NCBI RefSeq assembly: GCF_032191835.1
Contig: NC_083237.1
Coordinates: forward strand, 17,112,001-17,176,000
DNA length: 64,000 bases
Source of the DNA: Heteronotia binoei
Lineage: Eukaryota
Direction: 5' to 3'
Both the position numbers and the translations under genes were made by a program. A model generated the notes under the pieces. That model was not told the origin of the DNA. It made no database searches and saw only the letters and a list, made by a program, of their open reading frames with translations. Shown piece after piece: positions 38,201 to 50,044 of the stretch. The stretch's first letter is position 1. Each line of letters starts with the position of its first letter.

Positions 38201-40582
38201 AGAGTCAACACAGACCGGCTACGAGCCAACTGCTCTCCGGATTAGAAGACTGGCAGCAAGGTGAGTGCTTTTTTTTCACCGTTAAATTCCAAAGGTTTGA
38301 AGATTCACACAGATAATAAAACCTCAGCTGTATTCCGCAGGGGCTGCTGCGCTCCCTTAAGGTCTATTAGTAATTTGTTGTTTGTTTCCTCAATTTCTTT
38401 GCCTCAGAAGCCCTTAACGGAAGAAAAACAAGAAAGGATGGACATTTTCATTGCTGCATTGCAGAGTCCAGTGCCGCTGATTTCCATAGGGCTGGTTTGG
38501 GAGACTGTAGAGGATCATGCTGCAAATGGCACAAGTTGGTTTCTTGGGGTCATGTAGCAATTGGCTTCTTGGGTCATGAAATCCATAGCCATGAATTTTT
38601 GATCCGCTGCTCCTGTGAAGGGAAATACTATTTATTTTTTTAAATTTCTACCCCACCCTCCCGGCCAGCACGCTCAGGGCGGTTTACAACATAAGAATTT
38701 ATAACAATAACCACGTTCCCATTTTTAAAACATCAGTTAAAACCCCAATAAACAATAAGAAGATGGCATTCTGAAAAAGAAAAAGAAGGAATTAAGAACC
38801 TAAAAGGTTAATATGCAGTAAGGGCCAAAAATTAAAAGCAGGATCTAAAGTAAAATCATAACCAAGAATACATGTATTTATTACAGCAAGTTAAAAACAT
38901 TTAGGGGCCCATCGTTAGCCTCTTTCCTTAGTAAAATCGTACAACCACAATGGGAAACCATTTGACCTGTCTCGTTTCGACCTGAAATGGTCTTCTTCAG
39001 AGGTCAAACAAATATACACACATAGAGGCTCCTATCACAAAATACAACAAATCGATAAATCAATGCTGGATCAAAAATAAAATAGTTTAATAAAGTGACA
39101 AAGGCTAAACAGGGGTGGCTAACGGTAGCTCTCCAGATGTTTTTGGCCTACAACTCCCATCAGCCCCAGCCATCAGCCATGCTGGCTGGGAATGATGGGA
39201 GTTGTAGGCAAAAACATCAGGAGAGCTACTGTTGGCCACCCCTGGGCAAAGAGATGTAATTGAGGCCTCTTATAATACAGCCTTATGTCCTGGTCAAGGG
39301 CATACACAGGGATTTTTATGTAGAAAAAGCCCAGCAGGAACTAATTTGCATATTAGGGCACACTTCTGACCTCACCATTATTTCACAAAGGGGTTTTTTT
39401 GTAGAAATAGCCCAGCAGGAACTCATTGGCATACTAGGCCACCCCCCCTGACACCAAGCCAGCCAGAAGTGCGTTCCTGTGCGTTCTTGCTTTTTTAAAA
39501 GCCCTAGGCATACCTGTTGCATCATTTATCTTATTTTATGCCAAAATGGTCCAGAATTGATCAAAGTCAATTTCCTATTAGTCTGAAGAAGTTGGTTGAA
39601 ATACAGCAGGTGATTATGCTCAGTAATGAGAGTAAATTGCCCCAGCGAGATCACAAAAGTGTGCGCTTGCTGTGTTTATTTTGGTTGCTTTGTGAGAGTG
39701 TTTGTTCACTTTCATTTAGTGGAAACGTAGCTGCTGGGGGTGAGAAAATGAAGACTGTATTCAGGGGAACTGCACTGCTGTATTTTTAAATTTATTTTAG
39801 GGCATGGTAAAGTCTCCTGGCTCTACCCCCAAAGTCCATGGATATTTTCTGAGTTAGACATGGCAACCCTACATAGACCCCCACTGTCTTCGACATCTAT
39901 TTTAAAAAAAAACTGACAGGGGGAAGGCCAGCAGTTGGAAGAAGCAATTCCTCCAGGAGTGCACAAGGCAGTAAACTTTCCCTGTGGTGACCAAGCACTG
40001 GGCAGTGAGAGACAGAGTCAAGGCCACAGAACTTGAAAGGGAAGCTGAGAGTACTGACCATCCTGGCAGGCAGTCCCTTACAAAGGTCAAGTGGTGGTGG
40101 TGGTGAGCTACCCAAGAGGGAAAGAAAATCCTCTCCAGATGTTGAGAAAAATCTTGGAAGGCAGGGCAGAATACGGCCTGCAGGGCATTGCAGCCCGTTT
40201 CACCACAAGCCCTATAGAAATCAATGTCAGAGAAACCCTAAAACCTTACTAGGGCAAGAGCACCACCTAGAGCATGGCTGTCAAACCTTCCGCCCATGGG
40301 ACAGAACTGGCCCACCCAGGGCTTCAATCTGGCTCAAGGCTCTCTTCTACAGCACCCTCCACCCTCTCCCCTGCCTGTCATCATCTTTCTGAGCTCAGGG
40401 CTGCCAGACTTCCCAGTTTCCTCAGCCTCGTCTTCACTTGCTTCTCCTCCAGCCCGAAGCTTCACTGGACTCCACTGATTTACGCTGCAGCACAAAAAAA
40501 GTTGCAAAGAAAATGTGGAATGGCTGGAAGGAGAGTCTTGCAATGCCCACCAATTTCATGTTTTAACCTCCATGTTTTAACC

Positions 40583-41717
40583 TCCCACCTCCTGTGGCAG
40601 TGAATTCCGCATGTTAATCACCCTTTGGGTGAAGAAGTACCTCCTTTTATCTGTTCTAACCCGACTGCTCAGCTATTTCATTGAATGCCCACGAGTTCTT
40701 GTATTGTGAGAAAGGGAGAAAAGTACTTCTTGCTCTACCTTCTCCATCCCATGCATAATCTTCTAAACCTCTACCATGTCACCCAGCAGTCGATGTTTCT
40801 CCAAGCTAAAGAGCCCCAAGCGTATTAACCTTTCTTCATAGGGAAAGTGTTCCAAACCTTTAATCATTCTAGTTGCCCTTTTCTGGACTTTTTCCAATGC
40901 TATAATATCCTTTTTGAGGTGCGGTGACCAGAATTGTACACAGTATTCTGAGACCGCACCATCGATTTATACAGGGGCATTATGATACTGGCTGATTTGT
41001 TTTCAATTCCCTTTCTAATAATTCCCAGCATGGCATTGGCCTTTTTTATTGCAATCGCACACTGTCTTGACATTTTCAGTGAGTTATCCACCAGGACACC
41101 AAGATCTCTCTCTTGATCAGTCTCTGCCAGTTCACGCCCCATCAACTTGTATTTGTAGCTGGGATTCTTGGCCCCAATGTGCATTACTTTGCACTTGGCC
41201 ACACTGAACATCATCTGCCACGTTGACGCCCACTCACCCAGCCTCAACATATCCCTTTGGAGTCCCTCACAATCCTCTCTGGTTCTTACCACCCTGAACA
41301 ATTTTTTTTTCACATTTAAACATTTTATTGAGGCATAAAAGTAGCTTACTGCCTACTCTCAACTCCAAAATTTATGAACAAGTTAAAGAGCATGGGACCC
41401 AGTACTGAGCCCTGCGGCACTCCACTGCTTACCATCCTCCACTGTGAAGACTGCCCATTTATACTCACTCTCTGCTTCTTATTAATTAGACAGTTTTTGA
41501 TCTACAAGAGGGCCTGTCCTTTTACTCCATGACTCTCCAGCTTACTAAGGAGCCTTTGATGAGGAACTTTATCAAAAGCTTTCTAGAAGTCAAGGTAAAC
41601 AATATCTATCGGGTCTCCTTTGTCCACATGTTTGTTCACCCCCTCAAAGAAATGTAACAGGTTAGTGAGGCAAGATCTTCCCTTACAGAACCCATGCTGA
41701 GACTTCCTCAATAACTC
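40583..41717 (-). mobile_element. CR1 LINE ORF2 fragment
   Basis: Reverse strand KLFRVVRTREDCEGLQRD...KCKVMHIG...; upstream RT part GVPQGSVLG-like. Confidence 0.88.
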
Positions 41718-43299
41718 GTGTAACTCATGTTTTCCTAGGCTCAGAGCATTTTATATTTTTATTTTATGGTTTTAGTGTCTGCTGTGACACGTGTGATTTT
41801 TCTTGAGGTTTTATTTTAAAAACTGCATTGCCAAATCCCACTATTCCCCCAACTTTCCATGTTAGGCAGGCATCTTTTAAGGGTTGGGGTGGGAGGAGGT
41901 TTGGGAGATATCTGTAATCAAAAACTGTTAAATAAAGAAAATATCGCAAAAATGTTAGTGTTTTAAGAATGTTTGTAACTTGCATTGGAGTTCAGAGTGC
42001 CATCTGCTAAATCAGCTTGTCACTCTGGAAAGGAGGCGGGCTTTGGTCCAACTCCATTGACCTGTCATAGGGGACTCTTCCCTGACTACAGTTTTCAGTC
42101 TTCAGTGGAAACTGGATCCACAGGAGGTTTCATAGAATCATAGAGTTGGAGGGGGGCATACAGGCTCAGTGCCAGATCAGCCTAGTGCAACCCTGACAAA
42201 CCGGACAGACTTTACAAAGGGACGGTTTGAAATGTTTAAACATCTCAGATTTCTGTAACCATAATAGAAAATCCTGGTACAGGGCTTTTTTGTAGCAGGA
42301 TGTCCTTTCCATATTAGGCCACACCCTTCTGATGTAGCCAATCCTCTTGGAGCTTACAGTAGGCCCTGTACCAAAAGCCCTGTAAGCTCCTGGAGGATTG
42401 GCTACATCAGTGGTGTGTGGCCTAATATGCAAAGGAGTTCCTGCTACAAAAACAAGCCCTGCTACAAAAACAACCACAAGGATTTTTGTGCTCACTTTCA
42501 CAAGAATTTTCACACAAACACAGACGTAGTCCCCAATAAAGCTACTGGGTGGGGGGATATAAAAAATAAATGTTTATATTATGTATAGTTTATTGAATAA
42601 ATAATATAATATTTATATTATTTATAGTTCAACTTTCTTGCGGAGACTGAAGCTGCATTGCATGATGGAAGTCAAAACAATCAATAGGATGAGAAGACCT
42701 CAAATAAAGCAATGTAAGGCCATCAGGATTACGGAATTCAGAAAGGATAAAGTCTGAGCCCCGTGGTGCCTTTAAGACCAGCAAAATTGCATTCAGGGTG
42801 TAAACTTTCATGTGCGAGCACACTCTTTCAAACAGTCTTTGTATGCAATGGCCAGGGCTTGGAATTGAACCCTGTTAAATCATGGGCCCCCAATGGAATG
42901 ACTGCAGAGCAGAGGTAATGCGCACATGCTGATCACAACAGAACTGCATAGGGTTGCCAATCCCCAGATGGGGGCAGGGGATCCCCTGGTTTAGACGCCT
43001 TCCCCCTGCTTCACAGTCACCAGAAAGTGTGTGGGGGGGGCACTCCATTATTTCCTTTGGAGATCAATTGCCATAGGGAATAATGAAGAATTGATCTACG
43101 GGTAACTGATGCTTTGAGGGGGGCTGGCTTTTTTTAGATGGAAGCACCAGATTTGCTGCATAGCATCTAGTGCCTCTCCTCAAAACTCCCTCCAAGTTTC
43201 AAAGCAATTGGACCAGGCAGTCCAATACTATGAGCCCCAAAATAAGGTGCCCCTATCCTTCATTATTTCCAATGGAGGGAAGGCATTAAAAGGTGTGCG

Positions 43300-44386
43300 T
43301 GTCAGCGTATGAAGTAGAAATGCTTTAACAAGATAGGAACTTGTAGACAGATCATGTTGATCCATAGCTCTGGCAGAGGTTGTCCTTGAAAGGGCAGCTG
43401 CTGTGAGAGTCCTCTCCAGCCACACCCACCTCACAGGGTGTCTGTTGTGGGAGAGAAAGAGAAAGGAGATTGTGAGCCGCTCTGAGACTCTTCGGAGTGG
43501 AGGGCAGGATATAAATCCAATATCTTCAACTACCTCACAGGGAGTCTGTTGTGGGGGAGGAAGGCAAAGGAGATTGTGAGCCATTCTGAGACTCTTCGGA
43601 GTGGAGGGCGGGATATAAATCCAATATCTTCATCTACCTCACAGGGTGTCTGTTGTGGGGGGCGGGGAAGGTAAAGGAGATTGTGAGCCGCTCTGAGACT
43701 CTTCGGAGTGGAGGGCGGGATACAAATCCAATATCTTCATCTACCTCACAGGGTGTCTGTTGTGGGGGAGGAAGGTAAAGGAGATTGTGAGCCGCTCTGA
43801 GACTCTTCAGAGTGGAGGGCGGGATATAAATCCAATATCTTCATCTACCACACAGGGTGTCTGTTGCGGGGGAGGAAGGGAAAGGAGATTGTGAGCCGCT
43901 CTGAGACCCTTCGGAGTGGAGGGCGGGATATAAATCCAATATCTTCATCTACCTCACAGGGTGACTGTTGTGGGGGAAGAAGGTAAAGGAGATTGTCAGC
44001 CGCTCTGAGACTCTTCAGAGTGGAGGGCGGGATATAAATTCAATATCTTCTTCTTCATCATCATATTCTTCTATCTGACAGGTAAAGATCACATGACTGG
44101 ACAAATTGCATCAGCCTGCAGGTGGTGCTTCAGTGACTCAGCATGTCTGTACTGATTGCGCAAAAGGACACATAACTCTGTATATAAGTCTGTCCTATAC
44201 TTGCCAGTGTGTGCCATTGTGGTATCTGGTGTCTGGCGAAGCAGTTTGTCAGTAAGAACTATGACTGACTATAAGGATTATGTATATATATTGTAAATCA
44301 AAATTGTAAATAGAATCATCCTCTGCTGGTGTGTGCATACACTACTTTGAAGCTGCAACATCTACCCTGCTATAAAACTTCCGTCA
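43300..44386 (+). mobile_element. Probable solo LTR containing a SINE with tandemly amplified tail
   Basis: TG...CA termini; 5-bp TSD GTGCG / GTGTG; TATATAAG inside; absent from the duplicate. Confidence 0.55.
43428..44054 (+). repeat. SINE-derived minisatellite, 6 units of about 104 bp
   Basis: Unit starts 43428, 43532, 43636, 43743, 43847, 43951; unit equals the 3' body of the SINE at 8861-9127. Confidence 0.92.
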
Positions 44387-45842
44387 GTGTGGTCCCTTTA
44401 AATGTGATGGCCAGAACTATGCTTGTCACAACATTGCTCCTGGCTCCACCCCAATGTCTCCTGGCTCCATCCCCAAAGTCCTCAGATATTTCTTGAATTG
44501 GACTTCACAACCCTAGAACTGCAGCATTCTGCACAAACCGAAGTTTCTGAGGGAAGTCCTGTAGAAAGTTCATTAAAGAAGAATCCTCTCTACATTACTG
44601 TGGCTTCTGGATTCTGATGTTAACAGGCTTCATTTGGGGCAGGAGCTCAGAGGAGCAAATCTCTGGAACCTCAACATTTTATTGCCCTCTTTCTTTCTGC
44701 CCCACCCCCACCCCCACAAATACTTATCCTACACAATACTTGCTTCTGGGCTCCATTATTCAACTCCCCTGTGAGAATTTTGCTGAACTCTACGATCTGA
44801 CAAACTTTCTAATATCCCCGACCCAAAAAAAAAAAATGGGAAAAGAACCAAAACATATCAAGCAGACAGATGGAAATCTTTTTCCTGCCACTGTGGCCAC
44901 AGAGGAGAAAGTCATTTGAAATGTATGATGGGAGTAAGTTTTATTATGACATTTCTAATTCCAGAAGCATTTTAAGGTAGATGCTGAGCTGATATAACTG
45001 AGTACACCTTCCGGTGATGTCACGGGTGTGTGGCATATGCAAGCCAGATATGCAAGTGAGCTGTGCTAATGAACTCCAGCACCTCTTTTTCTACGAAATG
45101 ATCCCTGGATGTTAATACAGGCAGGAGGAAAGGGTCCTTGTAAAGCTTTTCCAAACTGGACGACAGCCTTTCTTCTGCCTCTTTCTGCCAAACTCGGCAT
45201 CCACTTCTGGAAACCCTGGCTGGAGGGGGGGAAATGGAGGGAGTAGGGTTGCTTGCCAACCTCCAGCTTTGAACACAAGGCACAGAAAGCAGTCACAAAA
45301 AGGTCAAAATACAAGATACCTGTAACAAAATTACTAAATATGTATAATAATAGCTTATAATCAGGGCTTTTTTTGTAGCAGGAACTCCTTTGCATATTAC
45401 GCTACATGAGGATGAATATGTGAGATGTCCTCTTTTCTGCACTCCATTGTATCAATACAGATTTGGACTGCACATGGTTATCATTTGAGTTTTAAAAGAA
45501 CGCACAGTGTTCCAGCATCTCTCTTTTCCTCCCGTATAATAATCCAAAATGCAGTTCAACAAACAGCAGAACTTTTACTTCTCCAGCAGGGGGCAGCAAA
45601 TGAATGCAAAATACAAATGTCTTGCCACCACCCCATACACAGCTTGCATTGATACCTTTCTTCCCTATGGGGACACAATTCTGAAGGAAAGAATAAAGAA
45701 TAAAGTTCGGAATAACTCCTGAAGGAATTCTGGATGAATTAAGGAAGTACAGCTACATGGGTTACTCTTCTAAAAATTACTTTAGTGAGGAGAAATCACA
45801 GCTCCTCAAACACTCTCAGAGCAAAATATCTGTGGCCTATAG

Positions 45843-46425
45843 CAGGGGTGGCCAACAGTAGCGCTTAGGCTTCCCAACCTTCCCGCCCTGGCGGGGGACC
45901 CCAGGATTTACAGCCTCTTACCCCGCTCTCCAAAAAAACAGAAGTGGGGGGAACGGCGCCAAGGAGCGTGGCGAGCTGCCCCATCTCGGAGGAGCAGCTA
46001 AGGTGAACCGGAGAAGAGGCTGCATCAGCGCAGCGGCGTCGCCCGCTCCGCTCTGCCTCTGAGGTGAAATCAGAGAAGGGGAGGGTGGAGGCAGCCCAGG
46101 AGCATTGCGAGCCGCGAGTCTGGGTCCTTCTAGGACCCAGATTCACGGCTCGCCATGCTCCTGGCCTGCCTCCACCCTCCCCTTCTCTGATTTCACCTCA
46201 GAGGCGGTGCGGAGTGGACAACGCCGCTACCGACTCTTCTCCGCTTCACCTAGCTCCACCCCCAAAGTCCCCAGAGATTTGTTGATTTGGATTTGGCAAC
46301 ACTAGTAGCGCTCCAGATTTTTCTTGCCTACAACTCCCATCAGTCCCAACCAGCATGGCTGATGGCTGGGGCTGATGGGAGTTGTAGGCAAAAAACATCC
46401 GGAGAGCTACCGTTGGCCACCCCTG
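45843..46425. mobile_element. CAGGGGTGGCCAAC hAT-like MITE (with nested insert); uninterrupted paralog 58916-59051
   Basis: TIRs present; 8-bp TSD GCCTATAG in both copies. Confidence 0.85.
45866..46304. mobile_element. hAT-like fold-back MITE
   Basis: TAGGCTTCCCAA...TTGGCAACACTA; perfect TSD GTAGCGCT; hairpin of about 250 bp centred at 46130; empty site in the duplicate. Confidence 0.88.
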
Positions 46426-46789
46426 GCCTATAGAATATTTCTGCATATAAGGGTTGCCTCAGTGCTTAGTTCTCATGGCCCTTTCTGACACGCCCAGGGA
46501 AATGCTGATTGCCACTTTGGGGTGGGTCAGAAAGCAATTTTTCTCCAGGCCAGTAGGCCCGGGATCCTGGAGGGTTTTTTTGGTTTTGTTTTTTGGTGTT
46601 AGACAAGATGACCCTGGAAGTCCCTCCCACCTCTATGATTCTATGATTTTAAAAAGGAAATCTCACTGATATGTGAAATGTCACAATCATTTAATCGCAT
46701 CAGGATTCCACCTCATTATCCCCTTATTCTTCAATATATACGGACACCGATGTAGTCTTGTCGAAGCTCCCTTTTCCTCCAGCTAATAC

Positions 46790-47731
46790 TCATTTTTGTT
46801 TAAGCCTACCTCTTCGCAGTGCTCTGGCCACTGCCGCATGGACATCCTTGTTCCTCAGGGTATATATGATAGGGTTGAGGAAAGGGGTGAACACCACATA
46901 AAATACGGCAATTTTCTTGTCACGGTCTGAAGAAGTCTCTGATTGGGGAATCACATACATAACATAGAGTGTTCCATAGAACAAAGTGACTACTATGAGG
47001 TGGGAACCGCATGTGGAGAAGGCTTTTTGCCATCCAGTGGCTGAGCGTATTTGTAACACTGAATAAAGAATAAACCCATAGGAGGTCAGAACAATACAAA
47101 CTAGCACCAGAAGGCCTAATCCTATAGTTCCAGCAACAATGGCGTGACTGATGTGGGTGTCATCACAGGCGAGTTTCAAGACTAAGGGCAACTCACACAT
47201 GAAGTGATCCATTTGGTTGGGACCACAATAGAAGTGACAAAAGGTGCACCCCACATGTATTGAGGAACAAAAGAAGCCTCCTACCCAGCAACCAGATGCA
47301 AATTTCATCTGGCGCCACCTGTCCATGGCAACAGGATACAGCAGAGGCCGGCAAATGGCCAGGAAACGGTCATAGGCCATGATGCCCAACAGAAAGCATT
47401 CAGTACCACCGACAAATAAGGCGACAAATATCTGGGCTGCACAGCGGTTGTAGGAGATGACGCCATTCCCAGCCAGGAGGTGAGCCATCATCTGAGGCTC
47501 TGTGCTGGTGACGTAGCAGATTTCTAGGCCTGAGAGGTGTGTGAGGAAGTAGTACATGGGGGTTTGGAGGTGGGAGTCAAAGTGTACCAGCAAGATGACC
47601 ATTAGTTTCACCAGGATGGTAAGTGTTTAGGCAAAAAGGATCGCTACAAAGAGTAGAAGCTGAGTCTTTCGTTGATTGGAGAATCCCACTAAGATAAATT
47701 CTGTGATTGAGGTGAGGTTCTCAGCATCCAT
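46790..47731 (-). pseudogene. Olfactory receptor OR3, nonsense pseudogene (Y35*)
   Basis: ATG 47731; TAA at 47627-47629 where OR4 has TAC; remainder open. Confidence 0.92.
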
Positions 47732-48140
47732 TGTGGCCTCCTGCCTTCAGAAATAAGGGCAGCAGAGAGAGAAAACCCCATTTCTTGAGAATAGGTCAGT
47801 TCTGGTTTTCAGACAGAATCATCCCCACCAAACTCCAGCAAGCACAAAAGAACCTGAACAAAATCAGCATCGTTAGATTAATTCCCAAAGTAGTAAATCT
47901 CTCTACGTGAATGTCCATGACTCTGACTGGCAGCGTGGGATAGTAGCTTGAGTGTTAGGCTGGGATCTTTGAGACCCAGGGGCAGCTCTCCTCTCTGCCA
48001 TGGAAACTTGCTAGATGAACTTGTACTAGTCATGCCCCCTCAGTCTAAATTACTTCACAGAGTCAGTCAAGATTTATTGTGGCATTGAGCCATTTACAGA
48101 AATGTAAAATATTGGGAGCATATTAAGTACTATACATCTG

Positions 48141-48214
<74 letters not shown>
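48141..48214. repeat. (TATC)n microsatellite (paralog about 60797-60868)
   Basis: Tetranucleotide run. Confidence 0.95.
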
Positions 48215-48215
<1 letters not shown>

Positions 48216-48221
48216 TTTCCA

Positions 48222-48647
48222 TCGACAAAGATGGTGAGGGGCGTGGAGACTAAGTCCTGTGAGGAAAGATTGACGGAGCTGGCCACGTTTAGCCTGGAGA
48301 GGAGGCTGCTGAGAGGTGATATGCTCACCATCTTCAAGTATTTGAAGGGCTGTCATATAGAGGATGGTGTGGAATTCTTTTCTGTGGCCCCAGAAGGTAG
48401 GACCAAAACCAATGGGTTGAAATTAAATCAAAACAGTTTCCAGCTCAACATTAGGAAGAACTTCCTGGTCGTTAGAGCCATTCCTCAGTGGAACAGGCTT
48501 CCTCGGGAGGTGGTGGGCTCTCCTTCCTTGGAGGTTTTTAAACTGAGGCTAGATGGCCATCTAACAGCAATGAGGATCCTGTGAATTTAGGGGGAGGTGT
48601 TTCTGAGTTTCCTTCATTATGCAGGGGGTTGGACTAGATGACCTTGG
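48222..48647 (+). mobile_element. CR1 3' fragment, second subfamily (paralog about 60874-61313)
   Basis: EERLTELATFSLERRLLRGDM...FQLNIRKNFL...WNRLP. Confidence 0.85.
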
Positions 48648-48867
48648 NNNNNNNNNNNNNNNNNNNNNNNNNNNNNNNNNNNNNNNNNNNNNNNNNNNNN
48701 NNNNNNNNNNNNNNNNNNNNNNNNNNNNNNNNNNNNNNNNNNNNNNNNNNNNNNNNNNNNNNNNNNNNNNNNNNNNNNNNNNNNNNNNNNNNNNNNNNNN
48801 NNNNNNNNNNNNNNNNNNNNNNNNNNNNNNNNNNNNNNNNNNNNNNNNNNNNNNNNNNNNNNNNNNN
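48648..48867. other. Assembly gap (220 N)
   Basis: Run of N. Confidence 0.99.
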
Positions 48868-49136
48868 TCTTTTAAGGCTATCAATTACATTAAAACTATA
48901 TTAAAAATCCAATTGAATAGGAGAGAAAAGTTAAAAGAATAACCTTAGTTATTATTACAGAATTAACCGACTTTTCATGATGCTGTAACAGGCTACCCAG
49001 AATTTTGCCACAGATCCAGTAGTAGACCAGTTTTCATCAGCCAATCATCGATCACAGCATTTCGAATCTAACCTACCTACCATATCTCCTACAAGGGGTG
49101 TTATATATTTATCTCACAATATTTTATATCAGTTAG

Positions 49137-50044
49137 AACCAGGGTGGTGAGAACCAGAGAGGATTGTGAGGAACTCCAAAGGGATCTGTTGAGGCTGGGT
49201 GAGTGGGCGTCAACGTGGCAGATGCGGTTGAATGTGGCCAAGTGCAAAGTAATGCACATTGGGGCCAAGAATCCCAGCTACAAATACAAGTTCATGGTGT
49301 GTGAACTGGAAGAGACTGACCAAGAGAGAGATCTTGGGGTCATGGTAGATAACTCACTGAAAATGTCAAGACAGTGTGCGTTTGCAATAAAAAAGGCCAA
49401 CGCCATGCTGGGAATTAATAGGAAGGGAATTGGAAACAAATCAGCCAGTATCATAATGCCCCTGTATAAATCGATGGTGCTGTCTCATTTGGAGTACTGT
49501 GTGCAATTCTGGTTGCCGCACCTCAAAAAGGGTATTATAGCATTGGAGAAAGTCCAGAAAAGGGCAACTAGAATGATTAAAGGGCAGCAACACTTTCCCT
49601 ATGAAGAAAGGTTGAAACGCTTGGGACTCTTTAGCTTGGAGAAATGTCGACTGCAGGGTGACATGATAGAGGTTTACAAGATAATGCATGGGATGGAGAA
49701 AGTAGAGAAAGAAGTACTTTTCTCCCTTTCTCACAATACAAGAACTCGTGGACATTTGATGAAATTGCTGAGCAGACAGGTTAAAACGGATAAAAGGAAG
49801 TACTTCTTCACCCAAAGGGTGATTAACATGTGGAATTCACTGCCACAGGAGGTGGCGGCGTCCACAACCATAGCCACCTTCAAGAGTGGTTTAGATAAAA
49901 ATATGGAGCAGAGGTCCATCAGTGGCTATTAGCCACAGTGTGTGTGTGTGTATACATATAATTTTTTTTGGCCACTGTGTGACACAGAGTGTTGGACTGG
50001 ATGGGCCATTGGCCTGATCTAACATGGCTTCTCTTATGTTCTTA
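49137..50044 (+). mobile_element. 5'-truncated CR1 LINE, present only in copy X
   Basis: 262-aa ORF2 C-terminus, TTCTTATG tail; empty site near 61660. Confidence 0.92.

Larger units (their letters stand above)
42950..44516. mobile_element. TAGGGTTGCCAA-type MITE split by a solo LTR
   Basis: Contiguous in the duplicate (57321-57590). Confidence 0.7.

Noticed and set aside
43428-44054. Regular repeat array resembling CRISPR
   Set aside because: Head-to-tail units of about 104 bp with no unique spacers, derived from a SINE, in vertebrate DNA with no cas genes.
46790-47611. OR3 as an intact 273-aa receptor
   Set aside because: The true start is 47731 and codon 35 is TAA; the shorter ORF lacks the N-terminus and most of TM1.
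48561-48942. ORFs spanning the N run
   Set aside because: Artefacts of translating the assembly gap.
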